64,000 nucleotides of DNA, taken from positions 136,092 to 200,091 of the forward strand of contig CAWDWO010000026.1 of the NCBI GenBank assembly GCA_963806035.1. Direction: 5' to 3'. Position numbers and translations under genes: made by a program. Positions 9,647 through 18,443 of the stretch are shown here, one piece after another. The notes beneath the pieces were generated by a model, which ran no database searches, was not told the DNA's origin, and was given only the letters and a program-made list of their open reading frames with translations. Within the stretch, counting starts at the first letter, position 1, and each line of letters starts with the position of its first letter. The stretch is from Candidatus Krumholzibacteriota bacterium (GTDB lineage Bacteria > Krumholzibacteriota > Krumholzibacteriia > JAJRXK01).

Positions 9647-10278
9647 TGGCCTCCCCTCTCGTCAAAGTAGCGGAGCACTTCTTCTCCGTAGCTATCCCAG
9701 CTGCGAGCCAGCCGCTTCTGAGCCACGCTCTCTCCTTCCACGTCGAGCACGGGGGTACTGAGCCGGAGCAGGAGCGCGTCGCGCGAGCTGCCGCGCAGGG
9801 AAGAAAGCATCTGGTCCAGTTTGAGGCCGAGCGCACTCGTCACCTGTCCACGACGTGTACGATAGGCGTACCACACGAGCCGTTTCTCTCCCTGTTTCTC
9901 GATCAATAGCTGGCGCATCACCGAATCGTCCTCGTGTACCACTTCGCTGTCGATGATTTCCCATCCCGCGCCCGGATAGCAGTGCTCGGGAGCGTGCACC
10001 TGCGCGTTGGTTCTCTGCCCCGCGTAATAGCCGGCGTAGATCCAGACGGGAGCCCAGTCCTCGCTCTTCACTTCCACGAAGCGATAGCGGTCGACCCCCA
10101 GCGCCTCGCGCGCTTGCAGCGAAACGGGGAGCACCGTCACCTGCGCCCCCTGAAGAATGCTGTCGGCGAAGTCCTTCGACCAATCCGCCTCCGCGACGGG
10201 AGTCTGAAGACGATGCGAGAGAAAAGCCACGCCGAGAAATCCAACTCCCAGGATGAGGGCACGAGGGGATCGTCTCAT
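9643..10278 (-). CDS. epsI: EpsI-family protein (exosortase-associated)
   Basis: Signal/TM N-terminus (MRRSPRALILGVGFLGVAFL) and the EpsI signature HAPEHCYPGAGWEI (HxPxxCxPGxGW); ATG at 10278 overlaps the exosortase TGA. Confidence 0.7.
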   Translation of the reverse strand: MRRSPRALILGVGFLGVAFLSHRLQTPVAEADWSKDFADSILQGAQVTVLPVSLQAREALGVDRYRFVEVKSEDWAPVWIYAGYYAGQRTNAQVHAPEHCYPGAGWEIIDSEVVHEDDSVMRQLLIEKQGEKRLVWYAYRTRRGQVTSALGLKLDQMLSSLRGSSRDALLLRLSTPVLDVEGESVAQKRLARSWDSYGEEVLRYFDERGGQ

Positions 10279-11102
10279 GATCTCGTCCCCCGCCGGATGA
10301 ACGCAGCCATCCCCAACACGATCACTCCCAGAGCGAAGCTCAGAAGTCCGCCTCCGAGATGAAAGAGGTTCTCCGCCGTCTCCGGTCCACCCAACTGCGC
10401 GCCGTAGCCGGTCAACACCAAGCGCAACAGATTGGCTCCCAGTGCCAGAGGCACCGAAAGGAGCAGCAAGAAGAGAGTGCGGCGCACCGAGAGACGCGCG
10501 GCCGCCGCGATGAAGGCGGCCAGTGCGCTCATCACCAAGAGACTGCGTAGCCCGCTGCAGGCCTCCACCACTTCCAGATCGTATCCGGCGAAGTGCAGCA
10601 GATTCCCTTCTCTGGCCAGGGGAACCCCGCTCCAGTGCAAGACGAAGGCCGCCGCGGCCGAGGACATCCGCTGCAGATGCGCGGTCGCACCGTAGTAGAG
10701 CACGTAGGGCCAGGGGACCAAGAGGAGCAGCGCGAGAAGCGGACCGCGCCAGGCGGAGACGATCTTGGCGGGAGCCAAGGCCTCGACTGCAGCGAGAACG
10801 GCCAGGATCAAGGACCAGCGCAAGAGGCTGTCGTTGGCCACCAACAGGCCGCCAACCGCCGCGAGCAGGGCCATGAGCGCCCAGCCCCACCAGATTGGAG
10901 CCAGCCCCCTCTCCCCGCTCTCATCGCCCTTCAAGCTGCGCCAGATCGCCAGCGCGATCAAAAGTCCGCCCAGGACGAGTCCGTGTCCGTAGTTGGGATC
11001 GGAAATGAGGTCCGCGACCCAGCCCTTGAAGATCTGCGCGTAGGCCAGCAGAAAGGCCAGCGTCGCGAAGGCAACGCTGAGGACGAGCCGCAAGTTCTTC
11101 AT
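10275..11102 (-). CDS. xrtA: exosortase (XrtA/EpsH family)
   Basis: ~8 TM helices with conserved exosortase features: NYGHGLVLGG, EACSGLRSL (catalytic Cys), NLLRLVLTG; adjacent to EpsI and a PEP-CTERM protein. Confidence 0.8.
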   Translation of the reverse strand: MKNLRLVLSVAFATLAFLLAYAQIFKGWVADLISDPNYGHGLVLGGLLIALAIWRSLKGDESGERGLAPIWWGWALMALLAAVGGLLVANDSLLRWSLILAVLAAVEALAPAKIVSAWRGPLLALLLLVPWPYVLYYGATAHLQRMSSAAAAFVLHWSGVPLAREGNLLHFAGYDLEVVEACSGLRSLLVMSALAAFIAAAARLSVRRTLFLLLLSVPLALGANLLRLVLTGYGAQLGGPETAENLFHLGGGLLSFALGVIVLGMAAFIRRGTRS

Positions 11103-11213
11103 CGCGTCCCCCCGGGCACGATGTCCCTCCCGAATGCGCCCCCAAAAGGGACATGGATGAGCGGTATCCAGTCGACTGGGCCGCCCGTCGCACGGGCGGC
11201 CGGCGTCGAGAGA

Positions 11214-12140
11214 CTACTGCTTCATCCAGCGGAGGGAAAGCAAATGCGCCTGTCCCAGTTCCTTGTGCGGAACGTAGGCGTAATCCAGGGCCAATCCCGA
11301 GTGGGCGATGGTGAAGCCGAATCGCAGCGGAGAGAAGCTCGCCTGCTCCGAAGATTCGGTGAGCGCGACATAACCCGCGCGCAAATTGAGGATCCCGTGC
11401 ATCCCCGACCACTGCGCGCCCAGAGCGAGGTCCTTGTCGCCATAACGGCGGTCGTTGTACTGAGCCACGAGTTCCACATCGTGCAGCCCCGGTGAAACCG
11501 CGACACCCGTTGCCAGACGCCGTGGCGGATCGTAGCTGCTGCCGTCATAGTTCAGGTAGCCGAAGAGATTGGTGCCGGACACCCCGATGCGTGCCGGTCC
11601 CACGTCCAGGAGCGCACCGAGATCGAAAGAGAAGCCGGTGCCCTTGGCCACCTCCAGGTTCTCCTGGATGTACTGCGCGCCCGCACCCAGGCTGAGCATG
11701 CCGAAGCGCATGGCATAGGCCGCGCCCAGGCTGAGATCCTGGGGCTCCAGAGAGCCCATCCGGTTGCCACTGGCGTCGAATCGCGGCACGCTCGCATGGT
11801 TCACCATGCGGCCCGTCAGCGCGAGTCCGGAGCGGCCCTTCTGCAGGGGCATCTGAATGGACAGGGCATTGACGCGCTGCTCGGCCAACCACAGCTCGTG
11901 GGTCAGGGTGGCGGTGCTGCTCGTCACCTGGGACCCGGCCGGGTTGGCGAAAGGCGAAATTCCGTGGCTGAATCGTGCAACATCCGCTCCACCCATGCCC
12001 GCACCCACCACGTCCACGGGAATGCTGAGGAAGGTGCCGCTGGTCTCTTGAGCCCAAGCGGATGGCGCCGCCACGCCGAGGAAGAGCAGGATGTAACCCG
12101 TGATGCTGAGAAAGTAATGGACTCGTCTTGATTGACGCTT
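11214..12140 (-). CDS. putative outer-membrane beta-barrel protein (EpsL-like / PEP-CTERM-system-associated)
   Basis: Signal peptide MKRQSRRVHYFLSITGYILLFLGVAAPSAWAQ; alternating amphipathic strands rich in G/S/Y; location between exosortase and the EPS export genes. Confidence 0.5.
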   Translation of the reverse strand, partial: KRQSRRVHYFLSITGYILLFLGVAAPSAWAQETSGTFLSIPVDVVGAGMGGADVARFSHGISPFANPAGSQVTSSTATLTHELWLAEQRVNALSIQMPLQKGRSGLALTGRMVNHASVPRFDASGNRMGSLEPQDLSLGAAYAMRFGMLSLGAGAQYIQENLEVAKGTGFSFDLGALLDVGPARIGVSGTNLFGYLNYDGSSYDPPRRLATGVAVSPGLHDVELVAQYNDRRYGDKDLALGAQWSGMHGILNLRAGYVALTESSEQASFSPLRFGFTIAHSGLALDYAYVPHKELGQAHLLSLRWMKQ

Positions 12141-12215
12141 CATCTGCAAGACTCTACGCTCCCTTTTCGACCCTCCCCACCCCAATGACTGGGCAGGATC
12201 CAAGCCAAATTCCCC

Positions 12216-13217
12216 ATGTCTGACGCCAACTCACGCATTCGTTCGTTCCTGAGCCGGCACCTTTTCGCCTACCTTGCGGCTCTGGCGCTCCTCGTGGTGG
12301 TTCTCGCCTTCATCCTGGCGAGAAAGCCCCTACACGAGGCCTGGCAGGTCTTTGATCGTTCTCTCATCCTGCCGGTTCTCGCCCTGAGCCTGCTCAACTA
12401 CTGGCTCCGTTTCGCCAAGTGGGACTTCCTCTTGAAGGCCCTGAAGATCCGCGTGCCCTTTGTGTCCAACGCGCGCATCTACTTTTCTTGCCTCACCATG
12501 GTCGTGACTCCCTTCCGACTGGGTGAGGTCTACAAACTCGTCTTCCTGCGCCGCCAACACGGCCACTCGATCCAGAGCACCACTCCCGTGCTCCTGGTCG
12601 ACCGGATCACCGATGCCTTCGCCCTGACCCTTCTGGCCCTGGTCGGGATCGGTAGCGGACAGAAGAACCTCCAACCGCGCCTGATCGCGCTCTTGCTGGT
12701 GACCCTCCTCGGCGGCTTCCTCTTGGGTCGTCCCTGGGTGCAGAAGCTGATGCTGCGGCTTCTGCGAAAGATTCCCTGGACGGCCAAGCGAGCCGACTCG
12801 TTGGGCGAAGCCCTGCGCGACGGTGCGCGACTCTTTTCCACCGCGAAACTTCTCCCCGCTCTTCTCTTGAGCTTGGGGGCATGGTTCGCGGAATGCGTGG
12901 GGCTCTATCTGATTCTCGTGGGGCTGGGGACGTCCATTCCCCTCGTCCAGGCCAGCTGGATCTATGCTGGCAGTACGATCGCAGGGAATCTCACCTTGTT
13001 GCCGGGCGGCTTGGTGGGGACAGAAGCTCTTTTGATCGAGATTCTGCGCCAGTCCGGCATCACTCTCGCCACGGCGACCGCGGCGACCCTGCTTGTTCGG
13101 GGAGCGACTCTATGGTTCGCGGTTCTTCTCGGTCTTGTCGTAACCTTCACTTCCCGGCGTGAGCTGCGGTGGAAAGAGCTTCGGCGAGAAACAGATTCTT
13201 ATTCTTCTTCGCCGTAA
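12216..13217 (+). CDS. flippase-like integral membrane protein (UPF0104 / LPG-synthase-TM family)
   Basis: 333 aa with ~8 TM helices; the only convincing plus-strand gene in the locus; the minus-strand ORFs over it are Arg-rich artefacts. Confidence 0.55.
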   Translation: MSDANSRIRSFLSRHLFAYLAALALLVVVLAFILARKPLHEAWQVFDRSLILPVLALSLLNYWLRFAKWDFLLKALKIRVPFVSNARIYFSCLTMVVTPFRLGEVYKLVFLRRQHGHSIQSTTPVLLVDRITDAFALTLLALVGIGSGQKNLQPRLIALLLVTLLGGFLLGRPWVQKLMLRLLRKIPWTAKRADSLGEALRDGARLFSTAKLLPALLLSLGAWFAECVGLYLILVGLGTSIPLVQASWIYAGSTIAGNLTLLPGGLVGTEALLIEILRQSGITLATATAATLLVRGATLWFAVLLGLVVTFTSRRELRWKELRRETDSYSSSP

Positions 13218-13900
13218 TAGCTGTACTCGTAGTAGTAGGGTAAGACTCGTGACGCGTTGTTGAGAACCACGCCAAGGATGCGTGCGTTTGAATCATCGAG
13301 AATGTCTCGTGCCCGTTCGACGACTTCTCGTGGGGTGAGTCCACCCATGATCACCATCAAGATTCCATCCATCTCTCCCGCCAGGATCGTGGTATCCGCG
13401 ACGGGCAATACCGGGGGCGCATCGAAGATGACGATTTCAAATCGTTTTCGCAAGTGCTCGACGGTATCGCTCAGATGCTGTCTTTCGAAGAGTGCTCCCG
13501 GGTGTTCCTCGCGGTACCCACTCGGGATCACTTGAAGAAAAGAGTGAGGAGTCGGCCGTAAGGCCTGATCGATCGAGCACTTCCCCTGCAGGATATCGCT
13601 GAGTCCCGGCTCACGCGGCATCTCGAAGAGCTTGTGGACGGTGGGACGGCGCAGATCGGCGTCGACCAAAACCGTGCGCGTGCGACGGTGACGCGCCACC
13701 GTGACGGCCAAATTCGCCGAGGTGGTGCTCTTTCCCTCGCCCCTCTCGGCGGAAGTTAACATCAGGACCTGTGCCGAGAGTTCCTTCAGCCGCGGACGCA
13801 GCTTGGTGTACATCCGTCGCATCTCGACTGCCAAGGGAGTCTCGAAATCCTTGGGATCGGTGGACAACAGAGACGATTGCTGAACCTCGTTCTCTCTCAC
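13199..13900 (-). CDS. BY-kinase-type tyrosine kinase ATPase domain (EpsG/CpsD-like)
   Basis: Walker A (ERGEGKSTTSANLA), A' (VLVDADLRRP) and B (IVIFDAPPVLPVAD) motifs; Tyr-rich tail YYYEYSYYGEEE; probable GTG start at 13900 overlapping the Wzz TGA (the track start at 14080 would overlap Wzz by ~180 nt). Confidence 0.75.
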   Translation of the reverse strand: MRENEVQQSSLLSTDPKDFETPLAVEMRRMYTKLRPRLKELSAQVLMLTSAERGEGKSTTSANLAVTVARHRRTRTVLVDADLRRPTVHKLFEMPREPGLSDILQGKCSIDQALRPTPHSFLQVIPSGYREEHPGALFERQHLSDTVEHLRKRFEIVIFDAPPVLPVADTTILAGEMDGILMVIMGGLTPREVVERARDILDDSNARILGVVLNNASRVLPYYYEYSYYGEEE

Positions 13901-15627
13901 TGTGAATCCCCTGGGGCGGAAGAGGGTGCGGCGCTTTCCGTCAATGGACTGAGCGGCTGAATGTGATCGTGCACCATGGCCTGTCGATAGTAGAGGACGA
14001 AGAGCAGCATCGCCGTCACCAGGGTGACGATGAATGCGGTTCTCCACACGAACACCGTGCGCCTCTTTTTGAGGCTCCACTCATAGGTATCCGCGAAGCG
14101 CGGTAAAGTTCCCACCACGCGCAGTCCCAGGATGTGCTCGACCTCGTCCACGTCCTTGAAACTGGAATCCACGTATTCCGCCAGGAAGATGGCGCCCATT
14201 CCGATGCCCAGGGCGAGCACGATGCCCATCAACGCGATCTTCTTCTTGTCCGGCTTGAAGGGCGTAATCGCCTTGAAGGCCGGCTCCAGGACACGAACGC
14301 TGATGCCGAAGCCACTCTCGTTCGCGGCCAGTCGCAGCTCGTTGGAGTTCTCGGCGTCGATCAGGTGGTTGTAGATCGACTCCTCCTGGGAGACCTTTTG
14401 CTCCAGACGGCGTAGCTCGGCCTCCAGCCCCGGCTTCTTTTTGATGCGTTGCTGGAAGGCGTCGTATTCGCCCTGGATCCTGTCCTGATGCTTGCGCAGC
14501 ACCTCGTCGACGACCATGAGCTCTGCCTTCCGCGCGAGCATTTCCAGCGCGTGCTTGGGCAAATTGGGGTAAGCGTCGCTCATGATCTCGAGCATGCGCG
14601 CGTTCAGGCGATTTCTCTGCACACCGATTCGCTGCTGTTCGGGGGTGATTCCCGAAGCGGAGCTGACCGTAGTGCCGAGCTGTGAGACGTAGTCCTGTTG
14701 TTCCAGCGCTTCGAGCCGATCGCGGATTCCCTGCACCTGCGGGTCGTCACTGAAGCGGAGATTTCGCGGAGGCGAGTCGAGCATGGAGAACAGCTCGTTG
14801 TCGATGCGCGTGATCTCGCGCTCGTTTTCCGTGAGATCGAGTTTGACGTTTTGCAGGATCCCCTCGGCCTGACGGCTGTTCTTTTCGTTCACCGGATTGT
14901 TGGTGAGGGTCTCCTGGATGACGCGGGTTCGTTTGAACTTCTCGAGTTCCGATTCCGCATCCTTGAGATTCTGCCGCGCGCTCTCCAACTGTTGATCGGT
15001 GAAGCTGGTGGTCTCGATCAGACCCTCCACCCTGCGCCGGTTCATCTCCTCCACGAAGGCCTCGGTCACCGCCTCGGTGAGCTTGTACGCAGTGTAGGGA
15101 TCGTTGTCCTCCATGCTGATCAGAAAGAGGTTGCCCTCCTGATAGCTGACGTAAAGCTTGTGGCGTAGACGATCGACCAGGAGTCGCTCGGCGATCAAAC
15201 TGAGAGTCTGATCCGGCAGCTTCGTCTCCTGGAGGATCCGCGCCTGCTCCTGGATCTCCTTGTCGTTACGCAGCTGGAGATTCCGGATGACGCGGGTGAG
15301 CAGCTGTTGCGACATGAGCGTCTCGCGCACCATGACCAGGTTCTCGAGATCGCGCACGCGGCGGGCCTCGCGCGTCATGAGCTTGTCCACGTCGGTTCCG
15401 GTGCTTCGGTCTTCCAAGAGGATACGCACGCTCGACTGATACACGGGCGGCATCGTCGCGACTCCCGCCCCCAGAACACTCCCGATCACCAGCACCGGAA
15501 GAATGAGGTAGAAACGGCGCCGGCGAATGATCTGCCACAGGCGATGGGGATCGAACCCTCCTTCGCCGCTCTTGGACGCTTGGGAAGGGCCCGACCTATG
15601 CTGCGATTTCCTGGGGCTAGGGGCCAT
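13897..15627 (-). CDS. polysaccharide co-polymerase / chain-length determinant (Wzz/GumC/EpsF-like)
   Basis: N- and C-terminal TM helices flank a long coiled-coil periplasmic region; pairs with the downstream BY-kinase. Confidence 0.7.
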   Translation of the reverse strand: MAPSPRKSQHRSGPSQASKSGEGGFDPHRLWQIIRRRRFYLILPVLVIGSVLGAGVATMPPVYQSSVRILLEDRSTGTDVDKLMTREARRVRDLENLVMVRETLMSQQLLTRVIRNLQLRNDKEIQEQARILQETKLPDQTLSLIAERLLVDRLRHKLYVSYQEGNLFLISMEDNDPYTAYKLTEAVTEAFVEEMNRRRVEGLIETTSFTDQQLESARQNLKDAESELEKFKRTRVIQETLTNNPVNEKNSRQAEGILQNVKLDLTENEREITRIDNELFSMLDSPPRNLRFSDDPQVQGIRDRLEALEQQDYVSQLGTTVSSASGITPEQQRIGVQRNRLNARMLEIMSDAYPNLPKHALEMLARKAELMVVDEVLRKHQDRIQGEYDAFQQRIKKKPGLEAELRRLEQKVSQEESIYNHLIDAENSNELRLAANESGFGISVRVLEPAFKAITPFKPDKKKIALMGIVLALGIGMGAIFLAEYVDSSFKDVDEVEHILGLRVVGTLPRFADTYEWSLKKRRTVFVWRTAFIVTLVTAMLLFVLYYRQAMVHDHIQPLSPLTESAAPSSAPGDSQ

Positions 15628-15655
15628 GCTGATTCTCCACGACGCGCGTACGCGT

Positions 15656-16633
15656 TTACTTGCGCGAAACGCTGATCAAGAGGGCGACCACCCCGGTGAC
15701 CGAGGCCACGATGCCGGGAAGAATCCGCCACACGCCTCCCGAGCTGGGCTTCTTCTCGACGAAAACCGTGTCGCCCGAATAGACCAGGGGGTTGCCGCTG
15801 ATCTGTCCGTTCTCCAAGAAGAGGGTCGTATCCACCGTCCGGCCCTGTAGGCTACCGCGCCCCGAATCGTGCACCAATCGCACCTTGTGGGGGTCACCCT
15901 CGCCGTTGAAACCGCCCGCCAGGAGGATCACCGTGAGCACCGGGGTGGGACCCTCCACGCTGTAGAACCCCGCCTTGACGACCTGCCCGAACACCTGCAC
16001 GCCGGTCTCCCGATCCGCCGCGTTGAGCATCGCGTCGTCGGGAACGATGACGGTGTCCCCCGGCGAAAGATCGGGAAGATCTCCGGTCCCCTCTCCGTGG
16101 ATCACCTCGGCAACGTTCACCAGAGTCGTCACCGTCGATTTCTCGTCATTGTGAAGCACGCGCACGCGCCGCAAATTCGCGGTGGCGGTCGGCCCTCCCG
16201 CGGTGCGGATCGCGTCCCATGCAGTGGGAGTTTCCTTGAAGGAATGTACGCCGGGCTTCGCGACAGCCCCCATGACGTAGATCTGCAAACTCTGATACTT
16301 GCTGACCGTGACGGAAACCTCGGTGATGTCTCGGTTGAAGGAACGCAGTCGCTTCGCGAGAAGGTCCTCCAGTTCGGGAACGGTCAGTCCGGCTGCCTTG
16401 ACCTCACCGACGAGCGGCACCACTACCGTACCATCGTCACGGACGGTGAGTTCCCGATCGAGAGTGGGCTGCTGCCACACCGAGAGCTGGAGCACGTCTC
16501 CCACACCGAGATGGTAGGGCCGGCCCGCGACCGCGTTGGGATACTGCGCCAGAGCACCAGGCACGGCCACCGCGCCCAGAAGAGCGAGCAGAAGGAGGAG
16601 GCTCAGGGATCGACAGGACTTGGGCAATCTCAT
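15656..16633 (-). CDS. polysaccharide export protein (Wza/KpsD/EpsA-like; Poly_export + SLBB)
   Basis: Signal peptide MRLPKSCRSLSLLLLLALLGAVAVPGALA from the ATG at 16633; Poly_export-like PYHLGVGDVLQLSVW and SLBB-like segments. Confidence 0.75.
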   Translation of the reverse strand: MRLPKSCRSLSLLLLLALLGAVAVPGALAQYPNAVAGRPYHLGVGDVLQLSVWQQPTLDRELTVRDDGTVVVPLVGEVKAAGLTVPELEDLLAKRLRSFNRDITEVSVTVSKYQSLQIYVMGAVAKPGVHSFKETPTAWDAIRTAGGPTATANLRRVRVLHNDEKSTVTTLVNVAEVIHGEGTGDLPDLSPGDTVIVPDDAMLNAADRETGVQVFGQVVKAGFYSVEGPTPVLTVILLAGGFNGEGDPHKVRLVHDSGRGSLQGRTVDTTLFLENGQISGNPLVYSGDTVFVEKKPSSGGVWRILPGIVASVTGVVALLISVSRK

Positions 16634-16780
16634 GTTCCAGGGTACCCGCGCTGAATGGAATGACGAAACCGGGCAACTCGCAAAGAGACGCCCACGAATG
16701 CGGGACCCTCTCAGCCAGAGGATCCCGCTCCAATCCATATACGCTTATGGAGTCGATGACAATGCCCGAGTGAGGCTCTC

Positions 16781-17341
16781 CTAGCTCTGGGCCTGTGCCC
16801 CTCGGCGACGGGCATGAATCATGGCTCCCACGATGACCAGACCACATGCAAGAAGCATGACGGTGGCAGGCTCGGGGGCCGGGGTCGCCGCGGTGCGGGG
16901 CTGACGCCCCTCCATGGGTACGCTGACGATGGGATCTCCACCGCGGTTGCGGTCCAGGGCTACCCAGCCCGTGGGCTCACCCAGGTTGACATCGCCGTCG
17001 CCAATGCGGGTGACGCCGAGGGTCGTGGTGAGAGGAATCGCACCGCTGGAAATGGTGCCCGTACCGGCATCGGGGTCCTCGCTGGGGAAGACCAGGGGGA
17101 GGCGGCCATTCGGTTCCACCAGATAGAGATCGGAACTGTTCGATCCCTCCGGGGTCTGCAGTTTGAGCGTGAGTTCGGGAGTCTCGGCGGGATCGGCCGT
17201 CTCAGGCACGGCGCTCCAGATCGTGGACGAACCCAGGGCCGCTGCTGAGGGGTCCACTGCCATGTTGGCCTGCGCGGACGGCGCGGCCAGGCAGAGGAGC
17301 AGCGCGAGGGCTGCGGAAAGGATCAGAAGTGGGCGCGTCAT
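16781..17341 (-). CDS. PEP-CTERM sorting-domain protein (exosortase substrate)
   Basis: Signal peptide MTRPLLILSAALALLLCLAAPSAQA; C-terminus is a PEP motif + TM helix + basic tail (PEPATVMLLACGLVIVGAMIHARRRGAQAQS); GAGG RBS before the ATG at 17341. Confidence 0.8.
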   Translation of the reverse strand: MTRPLLILSAALALLLCLAAPSAQANMAVDPSAAALGSSTIWSAVPETADPAETPELTLKLQTPEGSNSSDLYLVEPNGRLPLVFPSEDPDAGTGTISSGAIPLTTTLGVTRIGDGDVNLGEPTGWVALDRNRGGDPIVSVPMEGRQPRTAATPAPEPATVMLLACGLVIVGAMIHARRRGAQAQS

Positions 17342-17423
17342 GATTAGGACCTCGATCGCAGGGCAGGGTAACGGGAATTCGGGCGCGACCACGGCCTCCG
17401 CGGCCACCCGAAAGCTCCCCAAT

Positions 17424-17453
17424 AGTTTAGAAGCGTTTGCCATGGATTGTCAA
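17424..17453 (-). promoter_or_regulatory. sigma70-like promoter (TTGACA-N18-TAAACT) upstream of the PEP-CTERM gene
   Basis: Minus-strand sequence TTGACAatccatggcaaacgcttcTAAACT lies ~75 nt upstream of the ATG at 17341. Confidence 0.4.
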
Positions 17454-17478
17454 CTCTGGCAAAGGGACGCTAAACTCC

Positions 17479-18426
17479 CTAGCTGCCTTGGGTTTCCTGT
17501 GATGCCCGATACCACTCCACAGTCCGCCGTAGTCCCTCGTCGAAGGGGATCTGAGCCTCGTATCCCAGCAGCTCTCGGGCCCGTGAAATATCGGCCTGGC
17601 TGTGCCGCACGTCCCCCGTCCGGACCGGTCCGTGGACGGGATCGAGCGAGCTTCCCACCAGCCTGGCCAGGCGCGCATAGAGTTCGTTGAGCGTGACCCG
17701 GTCCCCCAAGGCCACGTTCACCACCTCCCCGGAGAGCTTGGGCGCCCGCAGGGCGAGGAGATTCGCGTGAACCACGTTCTCCACGTAGGTGAAATCCCGT
17801 GACTGCTCGCCGTCGCCGTGGATGGTCGGAGGCTCCCCCTTCAAGAGAGCGTCCAAGAAGAGCGGAATCACGGCCGCGTAGGGGCTGTCCGGGTCCTGGC
17901 GCGGACCGAAGACGTTGAAGTAACGGATGGCCAGGGTCTCCATGCCGTAGACCTGGGCAAAGACCGACACGTATTGCTCCCCCGCCAGTTTGGCCACCGC
18001 GTAGGGAGACTTGGGCCTCTCCCGCATGGTCTCCACCTTGGGCAAAACCTCACTGTCGCCGTAGGCCGAGGAGGAAGCGGCATAGATCACTCGCTTCACG
18101 CCTTCGTCCCGGCTCGCAACGAGCACGTTCAATGTGCCCGCTACGTTGACCGCATTGCTGGCCAGTGGGTCCTTCACGCTGCGCGGAACCGAGGCCAGCG
18201 CGGCCTCGTGAAAGACGTAGTCGCAGCCCTTCACCGCCTCGCGCACTTTCTCGAGTTCGGTCACGCTGGCCCGGAAAACTTCGTCGACGCCAGCCGCCTC
18301 GACATTGCGCTCAAATCCGGTCGAGAAGTCGTCGAGGATTCTCACCTCGTCCCCCGCCTCCACCAATGCGGCCGCGATGTGCGAGCCGATGAATCCCGCG
18401 CCTCCTGTGATCAGGACTTTCGCCAT
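17479..18426 (-). CDS. NAD-dependent nucleotide-sugar epimerase (UDP-GlcNAc(A) 4-epimerase, TviC/WbpP-like)
   Basis: MAKVLITGGAGFIGSH Rossmann start, YxxxK (YAVAK) catalytic motif; adjacent to a WbpA/TviB-like dehydrogenase. Confidence 0.8.
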   Translation of the reverse strand: MAKVLITGGAGFIGSHIAAALVEAGDEVRILDDFSTGFERNVEAAGVDEVFRASVTELEKVREAVKGCDYVFHEAALASVPRSVKDPLASNAVNVAGTLNVLVASRDEGVKRVIYAASSSAYGDSEVLPKVETMRERPKSPYAVAKLAGEQYVSVFAQVYGMETLAIRYFNVFGPRQDPDSPYAAVIPLFLDALLKGEPPTIHGDGEQSRDFTYVENVVHANLLALRAPKLSGEVVNVALGDRVTLNELYARLARLVGSSLDPVHGPVRTGDVRHSQADISRARELLGYEAQIPFDEGLRRTVEWYRASQETQGS

Positions 18427-18443
18427 GAGCTTCTCCTGCCCCT

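Noticed and set aside
10275-11102. Alternative reading of the exosortase as a generic CPBP/CAAX protease or O-antigen ligase
   Set aside because: The EACSG...R and NxxRxxL motifs, together with the adjacent EpsI signature and a PEP-CTERM substrate, fit exosortase specifically. Neither the CAAX-protease EExxxR/FxxxH motifs nor a Wzy_C signature was seen.
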